Positions 1 through 13,255 are shown, counted from the stretch's first letter. The stretch: DNA of 64,000 bases from the human T2T-CHM13v2.0 reference genome, Homo sapiens (GCF_009914755.1 NC_060929.1); one strand, 5' to 3'. Notes: generated by a model from the sequence alone, not told the origin. Numbers and translations: made by a program.

Positions 1-403
1 TAAACAGTTGCTCTGCCCTACTTGCCTGGTAGAGTCATTTTGAGCTACACGAAGGATTGTATATGCGTGTGTGCATTAAAGAATTTGCACATTGGGCATA
101 TCGAGTGTTTGAGCTGAAAGGAATGTTAGCAACCAGCTGCCCAGAGATAGTCAAATTCAGCAATTGAGAGAAACCCTGAAGGGGCTTCACCTTGGGTGTA
201 TAACAAGCAGGCCCACTTCTCCCTGCTTCTTAGAATAGCTCACTGTATCTATGTCTCTGTCAGTCTACTGATCTACCAATCTATCTATCTATATATCCAA
301 GAAAATTTTCAGCAAAAAAATTCTAAGTCTAAAGAAGTATGTGGTATTCGTTTTTCTGTGCCTGGCTTATTTCAGTTAGCATCACGTGAAAAATTGATCT
401 GGC

Positions 404-520
404 TCTGATGAGGGATGTTGATAGTGGGGAAGGCCACGTGTGGGTGGGGACAGGGGATATATGGGAACTGTGTACTTTTGACTCAATTTTGCTGTGAACC
501 TAAAGCTGCTCTTTAAACAA
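404..520 (+). mobile_element. Old L1 (L1MC-type) 3' end fragment
   Basis: gggatgttgatagtgggg...gtacttttgactcaattttgctgtgaacctaaagctgctct resembles the L1MC 3' terminus. Confidence 0.65.
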
Positions 521-584
521 AACTACTCCAAAAATAAAAAACAAATACAGTACAAACATTGACCTGAATTACCACCACCCCTGA

Positions 585-690
585 TCCATTTTACAGAGGA
601 GGAAAAAAGGCCCTGAAAGAGGAAGTGGCTCTTCTAAGGCTACTGAGTAGAAGAGTTAAGATAGAACCCCTGGTTCAGCTTTTTCTGCCC
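585..690 (-). mobile_element. MIR SINE fragment
   Basis: ccattttacagaggaggaaa...gaggaagtggct matches the reverse complement of the MIR core. Confidence 0.6.
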
Positions 691-1703
691 ACATACCAAT
701 TTACTTACCAATTGTTAGCACTGAAAGTGTGGCCCTGTCCCTCCCTGGCTTAAAGGGTACACTTCAGTGACTTAGGGAGGGGGTGGTGGGGCTTCAGTTT
801 CACTGCCTGTGCTCATGGTGGTGCCTGTGGTTGGGGGGAGGGGACATCTCTGCCATTGCTGGCTCCCTGGCATCACTGTGCCTGCGATTGTGAGCTGTTG
901 GTGGTGGTGTCCAATGGCTCACACTGGCTCATTGCTGGGACAGTGGGATAATTTCCTAGGGCCAGCTCTAGAGGAACTCACAAGATGATTAGGTGGTGGC
1001 TGAGGTTCAGATGGGTTCAGGCTTTCTGCCCCACCAGCTTCTAGCTATGCAGGTCCAGCCATCTCCCTGTCCGTCTCTGTCTGTCTCTCATTTGTTCTGT
1101 CCCCACCCCACCCCCGCATCATCCCATGCAGCCCCTTTTCTAAAATCTTCTGCTTCACCCCATCCCTAGAGGAACTCCCCCTTTCCCCTTGCTCTCTTCT
1201 TAAGCCTGAACAACTCGCATCAGCTTAGACACCAGCCAGTTCCTAGGGAGGCAGTTCTCCACTCAGTCCCCTCAGGTTCCAGGTGTGGAGGAGGTGTGGT
1301 GACTGACTGTGGCCCCGTAGAGAGTGTAGGCTGCAGGAATTCATCCCGTTGCATTTGCCCTCCCAGAGAGAGCTCTAACCAGTTTTCTTTCTGGGTCACC
1401 GAAGCAGTAAGGCACACCTTGCCAAGGTGAGCATTATTTTTTTCTCAGACCCAGCGTCTTCTAATCTACTTTGGGGGTCATGTATTTCCCCTTCCACCAT
1501 GGCTTTGGCCTTGATCCTTTTGGATCTAGCAACCCTGGCATTGCTGTGCTAAGAAGCATGTGGCTCTTGCCCATCCAGCGTGAGCCCAGTTTGCCCTGGT
1601 GATTGCCACCTTCCCCTAGCTGTAAACTCTGCTCTATGACTGAGGAGGGACGGAGTCAGCTCTGGTTAGATTTGTAAGTTTTAAGGCTCCCCCAACCCAA
1701 TAA

Positions 1704-1704
<1 letters not shown>

Positions 1705-1748
<44 letters not shown>
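1705..1748. repeat. (TG)22 microsatellite
   Basis: Perfect TG run read directly. Confidence 0.97.
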
Positions 1749-1750
<2 letters not shown>

Positions 1751-2155
1751 GAATCGTTCTAACACACCTTCCAAAATGCATGGGAAAGTTGTCAACTTCT
1801 TTTCTCATGGTGTGTTAAAAGAATTTGGCATCCAATAAAGTACCTCTGGGCCTTGTGTGCTGGCAGCTTCTGGGCAGGTTGACGGTTTCCTCCCTGTTCG
1901 TATTTGTTTCATCATAAGCCAAACAAAAGCACTGAGAATCCATGTATTCGGGATCTCAGGGGCCTCTCCTCCTTCTCGTGCTTCTCTAAGATTTTCCTTG
2001 TGCTTACGTAACACCAGCTTCCTGACTTCAGGTAAAGAGTGTGTGTTTTCTCTCTGTATTCCCAGTAACTGGCACTGGGATAGGTGTTTGAAGGTGAAAG
2101 GACCAGTTGCCTTCATTGAAAGATGGTAATATCGTCTATTGAAGAAAACACTACA

Positions 2156-2747
2156 CAGTACGTCTTCACTTATTGTCATCCATAGGTTCTTGGGAACCGT
2201 AACTTTAAGTGAAATGATGTATAACAAAACCAATTTTGCCATAGGCTAATTGATATAAACAAGAGTTAAGTTCCTAACTTAAAATATCACCATAAAATAT
2301 CGCCATACTTCTAAATAAAGACCAAAACACTTCTAATATTATACATTAAAATAAATGTGAGCTATACATACATTTAAGAATAATAAAAACAAGTAAGATC
2401 ATGACTTACCCACTTATTCCAGTTCAGGGTCCTGGTGGCTAGAGCCCATGCTGGCATCTCAGGGTGCCGGGCGGAAACCAGCCTTGGACAGGATGCCATT
2501 CCGTCACGAGGTGCACTCACACACCTATGCTCACTCACACAGTGGCCATGTGGACATGCTAAATGAACCTGATGCACATGTCTTTGGAATGTGGGAGGAA
2601 ATTGGAGTACCTGGAGAAAATCCACATAGAAATGGGGAGAACGTGCAAACTCCACAGACAGTGGCCCCAGCTGGGAATTGATTTTTTTTCTCATCAAGGT
2701 TATAACAAAACAACATTGAATGAAACGATGTTATTCAAGACCTGCTG
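2156..2747 (-). mobile_element. MER6A (TcMar-Tigger non-autonomous DNA transposon), near full length
   Basis: Termini cagtacgtcttcactta... and ...ttattcaagacctgctg. The interior tgtgggaggaaattggagtacctggagaaaatccac...gaacgtgcaaactccacagacagtggccc matches MER6. Confidence 0.85.
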
Positions 2748-2769
2748 TGCTAAGAGCTGGAAAATTTAA

Positions 2770-2895
2770 ACTCTAGTCCAGGAAAGCTACTAACAAGCAG
2801 TGTGACCTTGGACAAACCACTTAACCTCTCTGGGCTTCATTTCACATTGTATAATCAGAATGTTGGATCTCTGAGATCCTGTTCATCTCTGACAG
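2770..2895 (+). mobile_element. MIR-family fragment
   Basis: gtgtgaccttggacaaaccacttaacctctctgggcttc core. Confidence 0.65.
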
Positions 2896-4129
2896 TCAGC
2901 CAGTCTCTGTTGCCAGGACAGCATAGAACAAGAGACAGCAGCTTCAAGTACTATTTAAACTGCCTGAAAGGCATTCTGTTATCCTGGGGTTTTGTGGGCA
3001 CTAGTGTCAGCCTGACATGAAAGACACAGAAGGACTCACTGTGTTTGGATGTACCCAGATTAGGGTATTGTCCACACAGGCCGTGGTGTGTGAATCCAGT
3101 GTGTCATTGAGAGGCTTGTTAGAACTAGTTCTGTGTTTCTTGGCATGGGACCTGGAACTCTACCACTTTCTGCCCTTCTCCACGCCCCCTCTCCCGCCCC
3201 CACAGAGAGGGGCAGCAGTCAGGACATTGCCCCCTTTTGCAGGTGGATGTTTCTCTCCATGCAAGTGTTTGTGTGGGTCTCAAAAATTTGCTTTTCATCA
3301 GGCTCATCCCTGCCGATGTCCCAGATTTGCCAGAACCCCCGTCTGCAGCAGGATGCTTTGTTTTGTTTGTTGGTTTATGGGGATTCTGGGCTCTGTCTCT
3401 GGGTGCAGTGGCAGGTTTTAAAATCAATTACAATCCAGGTAACAGGAGGTTCACCACAGCACTCTGCTGTCTGTTCAAGGCCTGTGCTGAGAAATTAAGT
3501 AGGTCCCAGTTACCTCTCAGAAAATTTGTGGTATTTCAGGGGACTACAGCGAGTTGCAAATCTTGATAGGTAGTGGGACCTGTCAGCAAACAGCAGACTG
3601 GCTTATGTTGTGGTTCAGCAGGAAAAGGAGAGAATAATTCCCTGAGCATAAGATGTGTTGCTCCCTCTTCTAGTTTATCAGGAGATAGCCACATACATCA
3701 AGAGACAGACCCTGGGTTTGGGGTACAAGCAGGAGAGCTGGTTATTTCTTGCTCTGTTTCCAAGAAGACGGGAAACTGTGGTTGTAGTCTCCTTATTCGT
3801 GATCAGGTTCCTTGCAGCTGTTTCATCTCCAGGCCTAAAGCTGACCAGTTACTCCTTTCTCTGTCTCCTGCCAACCTAGGGGGAGAACACTAGGCAGCTT
3901 CCTCCTTAGTTTTTTTTTTTTTTTTTTAATTTCTTGATTCATCCTGGGAAATGGGTACATCCACAGAATGCCTGCTGTGTGATTGCAGGTCTCCAGGTCC
4001 TTCTTTCTACGCCTTAGGGTCAGAAATAGGGGGAACACAGAGAGCAGGACTACCTAACTGTTTTGGAGAAATTCAACAGCCATGTAGGTCTTCGGTTCTC
4101 AACTGCATTCGAGGTTTGCTTTACCCATC

Positions 4130-4280
4130 CTTGCCTAGAGGGGATTTCATCCACTCTGCTGGCTCAATGCCATCCTGCTGCCTACAGCTGCAAAACTTAA
4201 TTTTTAGTCTACGTCTTCACCTTCATCCCAAGACCTGTATCGTTAACTGGCTCTCTGACATATCAAATTCCACATGTGAT
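4130..4280 (+). mobile_element. L2 LINE fragment
   Basis: cctagaggggatttcatccactctgctggctcaatgccatc...aactggctctctgacat resembles the L2 RT region. Confidence 0.5.
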
Positions 4281-4794
4281 AGTTGGAGCCACATTTTTGA
4301 TGAAGAGAGGCAATGTTTAGAACAGGTTTTCCAATTCAAAAAATGTTTATTGATTCTCTGGCATAAACAAAACATTTTGTAGCCATTTAGAAAATACAAA
4401 GATGATGAAAATATGGTGATGTCCTCAAGGAGCTTGCCTTTATTTGCAAAATGAGGCATTCTTTATTATAATGCAGAATGAATATTTTATAGTAGAGATA
4501 ATAAGCAAAGCGCCATGAGACTTCAGAGGAGAGAGCCAGAGGATGTTAAAGTCATTCTTGTAGTTTAAAACCTCCAAAAGATTATTTAAAATGAACAAGA
4601 AACACCAAAGAACTTCAGAAATTGGAAATATTCAACTTTTATTATATTAGATTTGGTAACCTCTGATTTTTTCATGATCTTGACTTTGGCCCCAAATGTA
4701 CAAAGAGTGTTTGTTGGATGATCTCCTTACCAAAGTCTAGAGTTCCAGAGAGCCATTTCAGGGTTTTCCATTTGGTTTCATAGTTGAATTGTAT

Positions 4795-4945
4795 TCATCG
4801 GTGACTTTGGAAAAGTCATGTCAGTTTTTTGGTTCTTGGCTTCTTGATCTGTAAAATCTGGATTATAGTGGGGTTAAATGTGAATATTAAATAACAATGC
4901 TCAACACAGTCCCTGAATGGCAATAAATGCTAGATAAATGATAGT
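4795..4945 (+). mobile_element. MIR fragment
   Basis: gtgactttggaaaagtca...atctgtaaaat...tgctcaacacagtccctg. Confidence 0.6.
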
Positions 4946-5764
4946 TTGAAATTAGTATGATTATTATTTCCATTTTAATTATTCATTAATAATTATTATA
5001 CCCATTTTTATTATCAGTTTGAAGTTAGAGACACTGTAGAGCATTAAAAATAAAAAGTTGCTTAAATTGACTTTTTAGAATATCAAGATAGAAAAAAAGC
5101 TATGGGAGAAAGGGTGTTCATATATACTATAATAATTACGATACTAGTTACTTTTAATAATTTTTATAAAAACTTACAAAGTAGGTTGTTATCACTATTT
5201 TACAGATGGATAAACCTGCTTAAATGTGCCAGTTCTTTCCAATAAGCAAGCTTGCAGATACTTAACTAATTTTTAACTATTGATGTATTTGTTTTTTCCC
5301 CTCACAATCTACTGTCTCCTAGGAAGGCGGAGATAAACCTGATAGTTTGAAATTAGCACCCTCTTTTACTCAACCAGCATAAAGGACTGTTTGACCCAGG
5401 CAAGTGATGAGGTGATTTGTAAGGCCAATTTAAATCAGTGTCTTGCCCACTGGCTTTCAAAGTCCAGGGATGTGCAGGTATATATTTTGGGCAGTCAGGT
5501 TCTGTTGTGCGTGGATTGTGGTCAATTTCATTGATTTTTTTTTTTTTCTCAACACAACAGTTTCAAAATGCTCTTTTGCTCCCCAAATAGCTGATCTTTT
5601 CAAACCTTTTGCTATTTTTTCCTGGTAAGACTTTCAGGTAACAGTGTAAATGCAATCAACAACCACACATTTCAGACGATGATGATGATATTTTTGAACA
5701 TGTTTAATGATTTCACAAAACACAGACGGGAAAAGTTGAGTGGCTCCTTGGAGAAACTGCCTAA

Positions 5765-5885
5765 TCCAACCTCTTCATTTTCAGCCCAGGAAAGTGTGGT
5801 TCTGAGGGGACATGACCTGCCCAAGGTCACACCACAAGTTGGTGGCAGAATTGGGATTAAAAGTTAGGAATCCAGATTTTAGTTT
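5765..5885 (-). mobile_element. MIR fragment
   Basis: tgacctgcccaaggtcacaccacaagttggtggcagaattggga. Confidence 0.65.
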
Positions 5886-8379
5886 CTTTCTTTCATTTGC
5901 AGAGTAAGCAAAACTATTTTCCTTGGCATGAAAGATAATTTCAGGTGTGTACAAATAGAGTACTGTATCCAGAAGGGAAGTTCATTCATTCAATTCCTTT
6001 TCAATCTTTCTGATTATGTCAACGATTGTGTATCTTTGCTGTTTTGTTTTTATCTTTCTCTAATAATCTCCTTTGATAACAAAGATGGAGCAGACATCAG
6101 GCTCAAGCTTCTCTTAGTATTTAATATAAGTGTTTATTTTTATTGTATTGATTGTTATGATATCTTCCATTTATGGCAAAGGATACTGGTTTTCTGGTTG
6201 AGGTAGCAAAGTTTTCTTTCAAAATAAACTTAAGCAGATTCAAATGAATTTACTTTATGAAAAATATTAAGTAAACAATAGTGCAGGTGGAAATTATGAT
6301 GAATACATAGCAGGTTTCCCACTGAAAAACATAATGATAAACTAAAGCTTGGAAAATACTTGACTGGATTTTGCCCTTTAGAAAGCTCTAAGCTCTATGA
6401 AGATAGATATGGCTAAATCCCAGTTTCCTTCTTATTCATGTCATGTCCTTTTTATGGAGCAGTCAGAAAAACAATCATTAGATCTAAAAGAAGATCATAA
6501 AAACTACCCGTATAAGAGATGAACTCGTATGTTGATAACCTCATTATGGGTAGCTTCCCTACAAGCCAAAAAGTTGGATCAGCAGCCAATCTAATTTCAG
6601 TATGGAGGTAGTTTTGTTTATATTTTACGTTATAAACAGTATGTGAATGCATTTGAAAACAGAAACTAGTTTCATTTTTCAGGAACTGATGCTGTATTTT
6701 AAGATATTTTATACCTTATTCTTGCCTTTTTATCCTTCCTAAGAAGTTCTCTACTTTCTGATCATCTTGCTCTTCCATCAGAGAGTGTGAATGAAGAAAA
6801 AGATGGCAAAATGCAATTTATCAAATATTTTCCCACTATTAACACATTTTAGAGATTAGCATATATAGAACAAATGGAATAGGAATATTAAAGTTATTCA
6901 TTAAAATGGAGAGTAGAACTCTCCACATATTTCTTTCATCTATAATTTACCAATATCAAATGAATACCTGGAAAGAAAGATGTACTAGATTGCAGTATTT
7001 GAGTGTTTTTCCCATTATCTTTAATAGCAATTCTTCCAGTATTGCTTAATTTGTTTCCCTGCTCCCTAAAGCAGAAGTTTCTTCTTAGCTATGATTTAGT
7101 TATCCAGGGATCCTGGAGCTCTGAAGACCCATTATGGTTTGGCTAAGATGAGCTTGCCTTTCCTAAATGCCACACACAACTCATTCATGCCCCCTCTTCC
7201 TGTGGGCTTCTTCTGCTGGCCATTAGTGTTTTTTTGTGGAATGCTCCTTCATTGGAAAATTTATTCTCATTTAGAGGAATCTGGTGACAAAAAAAAGAAG
7301 GCGGAGTCAACTTCTGGTGACTTATGGGCAGTTAGAGTCAAACGTTTGAAAAATGGGCTTCTGAATCAGCAGAGATTTTACAAAGTGACTGGTGGAACTG
7401 CATACAAATGGGTAGAGTACAGAGATGCCAAGAAATAATGCTACTTCTATTACCACTAATAAAAAGACTGCATTTCCCAGTTCAGGGCTAGAAAGGTTAA
7501 TGATGATACATTCTTTTTTAGTATCAAAGATTAACATGATAACTTGCATATTAAAGTTAATTCAGACCTACTGCTAATGGAAGGGGCATACAAAATTAAT
7601 TTCTACAGCACCTCATAAATTATGATCACTCACTCTTCTTTGGCTGGTGTTCTTTGTCTTGGCAGGGGCTGCATGTGTACTTAAAGTGGGCACACTTCAG
7701 TTAGTAGGGGGGCATCTTTGGCCCCTGAGGAATTTGGGAAGCTTGGGGTGTGTGCCTTGTAGCTCTTAATCACTGCCTGTCTGCCGGTGTTTTCCTGCTG
7801 GAATGTGTGTACTCCATTACCAGCCAGCTTGTTGACTGGCGTGGATCTTGGTTTTAATATTTAATGAGATGATGAAACCGAGCTGAAATGAGAAGAATGT
7901 GGAAGGTGGGAGAAAGAATGGGAAAGATAAGAAAAGAGCTGCCCTCTCTTGATGGCAGGAGATTCTCCAAGAAGAGTTCAGCACAGCATCTTCAGGCAAC
8001 TATTTGCTGTCCTGTTGAGTACCAAGGCCCAGCTGACATAGAAACATAGCCAGCCCAATCTTTAAGAGCACCGGCTCTGGAGTCCAAGTACTTGACTACA
8101 AGTTCCAGTATAATCCCTTGGGTAATTTACTTGACTTTTTCAAGACTTACTGTCTGTTTTAAACAGGAAAAATAATATGGACTCTATGTATACATGTACA
8201 CACACACGTATTTATATTTTATATAAAATTAAATACAACTTTAGTATAATTTACATATAGAAAAATGCACACATCTTAAGTATATAGTAAATCTATTAGC
8301 CACGACCCTTATCAAGATACAGTATATTTTCATTACCCAGAAAGTTACATATAAATATTTTAAAAACTAAATAACAGTA

Positions 8380-8545
8380 GCTTATACTTTTATAATGCTT
8401 TCCATGGGCCAGGTATGCTGATCTAAGTGCTTTATGTTATCTTGTTTCATTCTCACCAAGAGAGGTGCTGTTATTATTTCCACTTTACAGATACAGAAAC
8501 AAAGATACAGAGAGGTTAAGTGATTTCTCCAAGATCACACAGACA
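8380..8545 (-). mobile_element. MIR fragment
   Basis: ttattatttccactttacagatacagaaacaaagatacagagaggttaagtgatttctccaagatcacacag. Confidence 0.7.
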
Positions 8546-9094
8546 ATAACCGATATTCCACTTCCGCACTCTGCTCACCGTTGTCTATATAGCACTTACC
8601 ATGTGGTCTATTACTGACTAAGTACATTAGAGGAATGAGAATGGAGCCTCCTTGATGGCCGACATTTCCTTCCATTCCTCTTCTTCATAGTCCAGTTTAT
8701 CATTCCACCTTGTCTTGGGCTGACGGGCTGTGCATGGTACTCTAGCAGAGTCTTTGAGGGAAAAGATGGTTCCATCCCTACCTTCAACACTCAGATGCAT
8801 GATAGGTGCTCTAGAAGAAGTCATTGACTGTTACTCCCAGAAAATCCTGTCCCCCAGCTCCCACCCAACTGTCACTACTTGAAATTTTGACAAACTTACA
8901 GGTGGGCTCACTGGGCCCCCTGCCAGTTTGGGCTGCTTAGCCACCTTTGGGCTCAGTCTTAACCTTGTCCTTTTGATAGTCTAAAAATTTCAAGTGAAAA
9001 TCCCTCCTGTTTCTGGGCCTGTTGTGGCTCCCTTGTCCCAGCTTCCCATACTCATTTCTCCTCAGTCAGTCCTCATTCTTGCCCAGTTGCTATG

Positions 9095-9268
9095 CTTTTC
9101 CTCCTCCACTTTTGCTTTTTTTTTTTTTTTGCCTCCTCTTCTGTGTCTGTCTTCTCTTTCTTTGCCTCCTCTTTCTTCTTTTTCTCCGTCTTTTTTTCCT
9201 CTTTTACCTCTTCTTTTTTCTTTTTCTCTTCATTCTTCCTCTCTTTTTTCTGCTCCTTTTCATTTTAT
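9095..9268. repeat. CT-rich low-complexity polypyrimidine tract (~170 nt)
   Basis: Almost only C/T on the + strand; it produces the F/S/L-rich spurious ORFs in the track. Confidence 0.9.
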
Positions 9269-10246
9269 CATGGTCTTCATGAGCACCACCAAATAAAATT
9301 AAGAAGCCACTCTCTGCTAAATGCATTGTAATTGCCCATGGGAAATTATTTTTTTTGTAGGGGGCAGCCGCATCCACTGTATCTCTCATATGGTTAAACT
9401 GATGCTTACCCATTTGTACTAGATTATTTTCAGACATATTTAGCCAATCATTCCTTTGACATCTCGTTTTGAGTGTCTTATAGATACTCAAACTCATTAT
9501 TTCCAAAACTTTACTCATTCTTTTCAAGAAAACCTTCTGCTCTTCCATGATTTTTCTGCCTTTGAACCTTTCTCATATATGCCTTGAATCTGGTCACATC
9601 TCTCTCTTTATCACTTGCATGCTGGTCCTGTACACCCGTGTGTCATATGGAATGCTTGGCATTTGGCAGACGCTTGACACATACTTTTTCACATGAATAG
9701 AGAAACGGAAGTGCCATGGAGGGACAAGCACACGCTCATGAAACCTCCTCCCTTTATTTTTTTTATGTTTCACAAGAGCACTAAACACAGTCAAGTGACT
9801 TGAAACCATTAGCTTCTCTCCAGTTCTTTTCAGAGCTAAGATTTCACAATTTGAGTCAAAAGCAGCAAATGACTACTAAACTCAGTGTAGAACATTAACA
9901 TTAAAACACAATATGAAAAATTTCTTTAAGAATTTCGTGCCAGAAAAAGCTATGGTTCCTGCAAGGAATTTGTCCTCTTCTATCCTAATGATCAACAAAC
10001 TCTAGAACTTGGAGGGCTGCCCTTATGGCCCCAGTAAGGGCAGTTGGAGCTCATGTTGTCTTTTCCATTGGGATGTCATCTTTCTTCTTTCATTCTTTTT
10101 GGACTAAGGTAATGTATAAAGAAATACTTATAACTAATAATAAACACATGAACAAATAATGTGCAAAATTACTTGCAATTTCATAGGAGTACAATTGTAG
10201 ATTCATGTTGGGGGCACTGAGCATAATTTGAAATATGGTATGTTTC

Positions 10247-10814
10247 TTTTTTTAACTTTTATTTGAAGTTCAGGGGTCCATGTGCGGGTTTGTTATATGG
10301 GTAAACTTGTGTCATGGGGATTTGTTATGCAGATTATTTTGTCACCCAGGTATTAAGCCTAATACCCATTAGCTATTTTTCCTGATCCTCTCCCTCCTTC
10401 TACTCTCCACCCTCCGATAGACCCCAGTGAGGGTTGTTCCCCTCTGAGTGTCCATGTGTTCTCATCATTTAGCTCCCACTTATAAGTGAGAACATGTAGT
10501 ATCTGGTTTTCTGTTCCTGCATTAGTTTGCTAAGGATAATGGCCTCCAGCTCCATCCATGTCCCTGTCTCCACTCATACCTTTGGACATGATCTTGTTCT
10601 TTTTTATGGCCACATAGTATTCCATGGTGTATATGTACCACATTTTGTTTATCCAGTCTTTTATTAATAGGCATTTAGGTTAATTCCATGTCTTTGCAAT
10701 TGTGAATAGTGCTGCAATGAATGTACGTGTGCATGTGTCTTTATAATAGAACGAATTATATTTATTTGGGTCAATACCCAGTAATGGGATTGCTGGATCA
10801 AATGGTAGTTCTGT
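10247..10814 (-). mobile_element. 5'-truncated L1 (L1PA13-like 3' end) with degenerate 17-bp TSD
   Basis: Typical L1PA 3'UTR in reverse (gtcacccaggtattaagccta, ctcccacttataagtgagaacatg). TSD gaaatatggtatgtttc (10230-10246) / gaaatgtaatatgtttc (10815-10831), 14/17 identical. Confidence 0.88.
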
Positions 10815-12149
10815 GAAATGTAATATGTTTCATTGTACATATGTTTTCTTACTGCTCCCATCAATTGACTGCTTCTTTCCTTTAGTACACATGGACTGTT
10901 CAAAGGTAAGGAGCATATGTTGTCATCTGTTTGCACAGAGAGCTCATTACATGTCTTTAACTGATATTTATTATCTTTATTTCCTCCCATCTCATACTTT
11001 CCCCAGTTCCTCTTTTATTGCTGTAGAGTCCAAGCAAAATCTCTTTGATCCTCTTATTTAAATATTGGGCCTAAGTTTATGATACATTTCTTAAATCACT
11101 CTTTGCTTTGGGCCTTTTAGGGAAGGGCTCCCCTTGGCTCTTTTTCACAAGTGAAGAAATAAAGCAGGCAAGAGCCCCTGCCTCAAGTCTGTCTCATCTC
11201 TCTATCTTCTTAGCTGAGTGCTTTTAGAAAAGAAAACCAGGCCAGCGGATAAATTCTTCCCATTTCCATTTTTATTTATAGGGAGAAAAATGGCTGTGGT
11301 TTTTTCCTTTCCTCTTTGAAGTTTGCTTCCAGTTCTTCAGTTTATTTGAAATATAGTATACTTCTTGGTTTTCCTTTTGTAATAAACAACACTAGGTTTT
11401 AAATCTGTGGAGCTGTAAATGAGAGGAGCTTCAGCCTCCTCTTCTTCAGAGCTGATATGGGGAAGGTAAGGGAAGAGGAGAATCAGATGATGATTGGAAA
11501 CAATTACACAACCATTCCATTTTGCTAATGCTTGAATCCAGGATAATTTTCTCATTTAATTCTCTGAAATGAAGGGCCCCTCTGTTAGCCTTAAAATGTA
11601 AACAAGAGGCTTTTAATGCATGATTTTCCCAGAAATGGAATGCTAGCTGCTCATATTGATTCAAAACATTGCTGTTGGCTTTTGTTCTTTTTGGTATTTG
11701 TAAGTTTTGTGATGGGGGCAATATAGGATTGTTCATGTGTGGCTTGAGGATTGTCAGTACGTGGTATTATTATTCTAAGTTGCAAACAGAAATTAAAAAG
11801 GACATTCAGAGAACGCTTGCCTGAGCCCTCCATTAGTCTGTCCACATACAAAAGGGAAAATGGAAATCTGAGGCATATATCCCAATTATTTCAATTTATA
11901 CCCACCTCTTGGAACTCAATTCTCTGAGTTTGGTATTCAGACCAAAGTGTAGTTTGTTTGAATGATGCAGATAATAGCTTTAAGTCCACTTTATTCCAGC
12001 CTGTCTGGACCAGGCATTTGTAAAATTTATAAGTTAGCAACAGTGGAAGGAAACTGAAGCTTTAACATGCTCTCCTTTGGACTGAAAAACTTCTGCATAG
12101 CATTGGATCCCAATGCCTCATTGCACTTAATAACTGCAACTGAATTTGT

Positions 12150-12320
12150 ATCATGTTTTACTTTGATCTTCTTATGAAAGAGTCATTCTCATCTCCATTT
12201 TTGGAGGGAGAGAAGTGAAATGGCTCATCCAAGGTTACACACAGCCTGGTGGTAGTAAGGCTGGGATTCAAACCCAGGTCTCCCAACCTTTAACCCAAAG
12301 CTCTACTTACTATGCCATGC
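12150..12320 (-). mobile_element. MIR fragment
   Basis: catccaaggttacacacagcctggtggtagtaaggctgggattcaaacccaggtct. Confidence 0.65.
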
Positions 12321-12544
12321 CTTCCTCTATGATTAGGTAAAACGGCTCAGGGGAGGTGGTGAAGGTAAAGAAACACACATGCAGTTCTCCTTCTACACCT
12401 CCCATCCCACCCCCAGCTGCTACCACCTAGTTTCCTCAAGGATAACACTGAATAATGAGTATTGATCAATCCAACACTAAACAGGGTTCTGATTCTGTGA
12501 GTTGCCCTAAATACGGGCCCCTTATTTGCCTTCAGCAAACACTC

Positions 12545-12670
12545 ACTCATTCATCTAACACTTACTAAGATCCTACTGGATAACAGGCATTGTGCTAGGA
12601 ACTGTAGGAGACATGACTTGATTGAGATTGGATATCTCACCCCAGGCTCTCACTGTCTGATGAGGAAAAG
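12545..12670 (-). mobile_element. L2 3' end fragment
   Basis: cactcattcatctaacacttactaagatcctact...aggcattgtgctagg. Confidence 0.6.
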
Positions 12671-13054
12671 GTAGCGAATGGCTTGAAGTCATGATTGCTG
12701 TTTGCTAGCCAACTGCAATGCGATGGGGAAGCCCAACCGACTATAGTTGAATAAAAAAATGAAAGAAGTGAATGATTGGACTAAAGACTCAACCACTGAG
12801 TTGACTAATGCTCATTATTGTTTAATTCTGAGGTTCTAGGACTGAGATTTCTTTTCAGTCCCCTGGGACTGTAACTTATAAAACCACAACAAACATCAAT
12901 CAATCATTAAACAGACCAAGCTATCCAGGTCTTGGATTTTCTATTTAAGGCCAACTTAAGGGAGTTAACAAACTCAGAGGGTGGCTGCCTCAAGCTAGCA
13001 GAATCTAGAAATTGGTAATAATTGCCCTGCACTCATGAGCCGGAGTGAGTGGGG

Positions 13055-13255
13055 CTGGAATAACACTGGCGTTGGAGTCAGACAGGTCCATGCTGGGGCC
13101 TTGCCTCTGTTGGAGACACACTAGCTGGGTGAGCTACATGGAGCTCCTATTTTCTCATCTGTAAAATGGGGACAATGCAATCCATTGAATAGGTTTTGGT
13201 AAGGATTAAATAAATTCTCAGTATGATGCCTAGGATCTAGCAGGAGTTCAATGTA
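13055..13255 (+). mobile_element. MIR fragment
   Basis: ttggagtcagacagg...ttttctcatctgtaaaatggggacaat...gtaaggattaaat. Confidence 0.7.

Noticed and set aside
3017-4382. Cluster of overlapping 100-143 aa ORFs
   Set aside because: No recognisable domain or convincing exon structure; consistent with chance ORFs in moderately GC-rich intron.
8994-9548. Hydrophobic F/L/S-rich ORFs resembling membrane peptides
   Set aside because: Artefacts of the CT-rich low-complexity tract.
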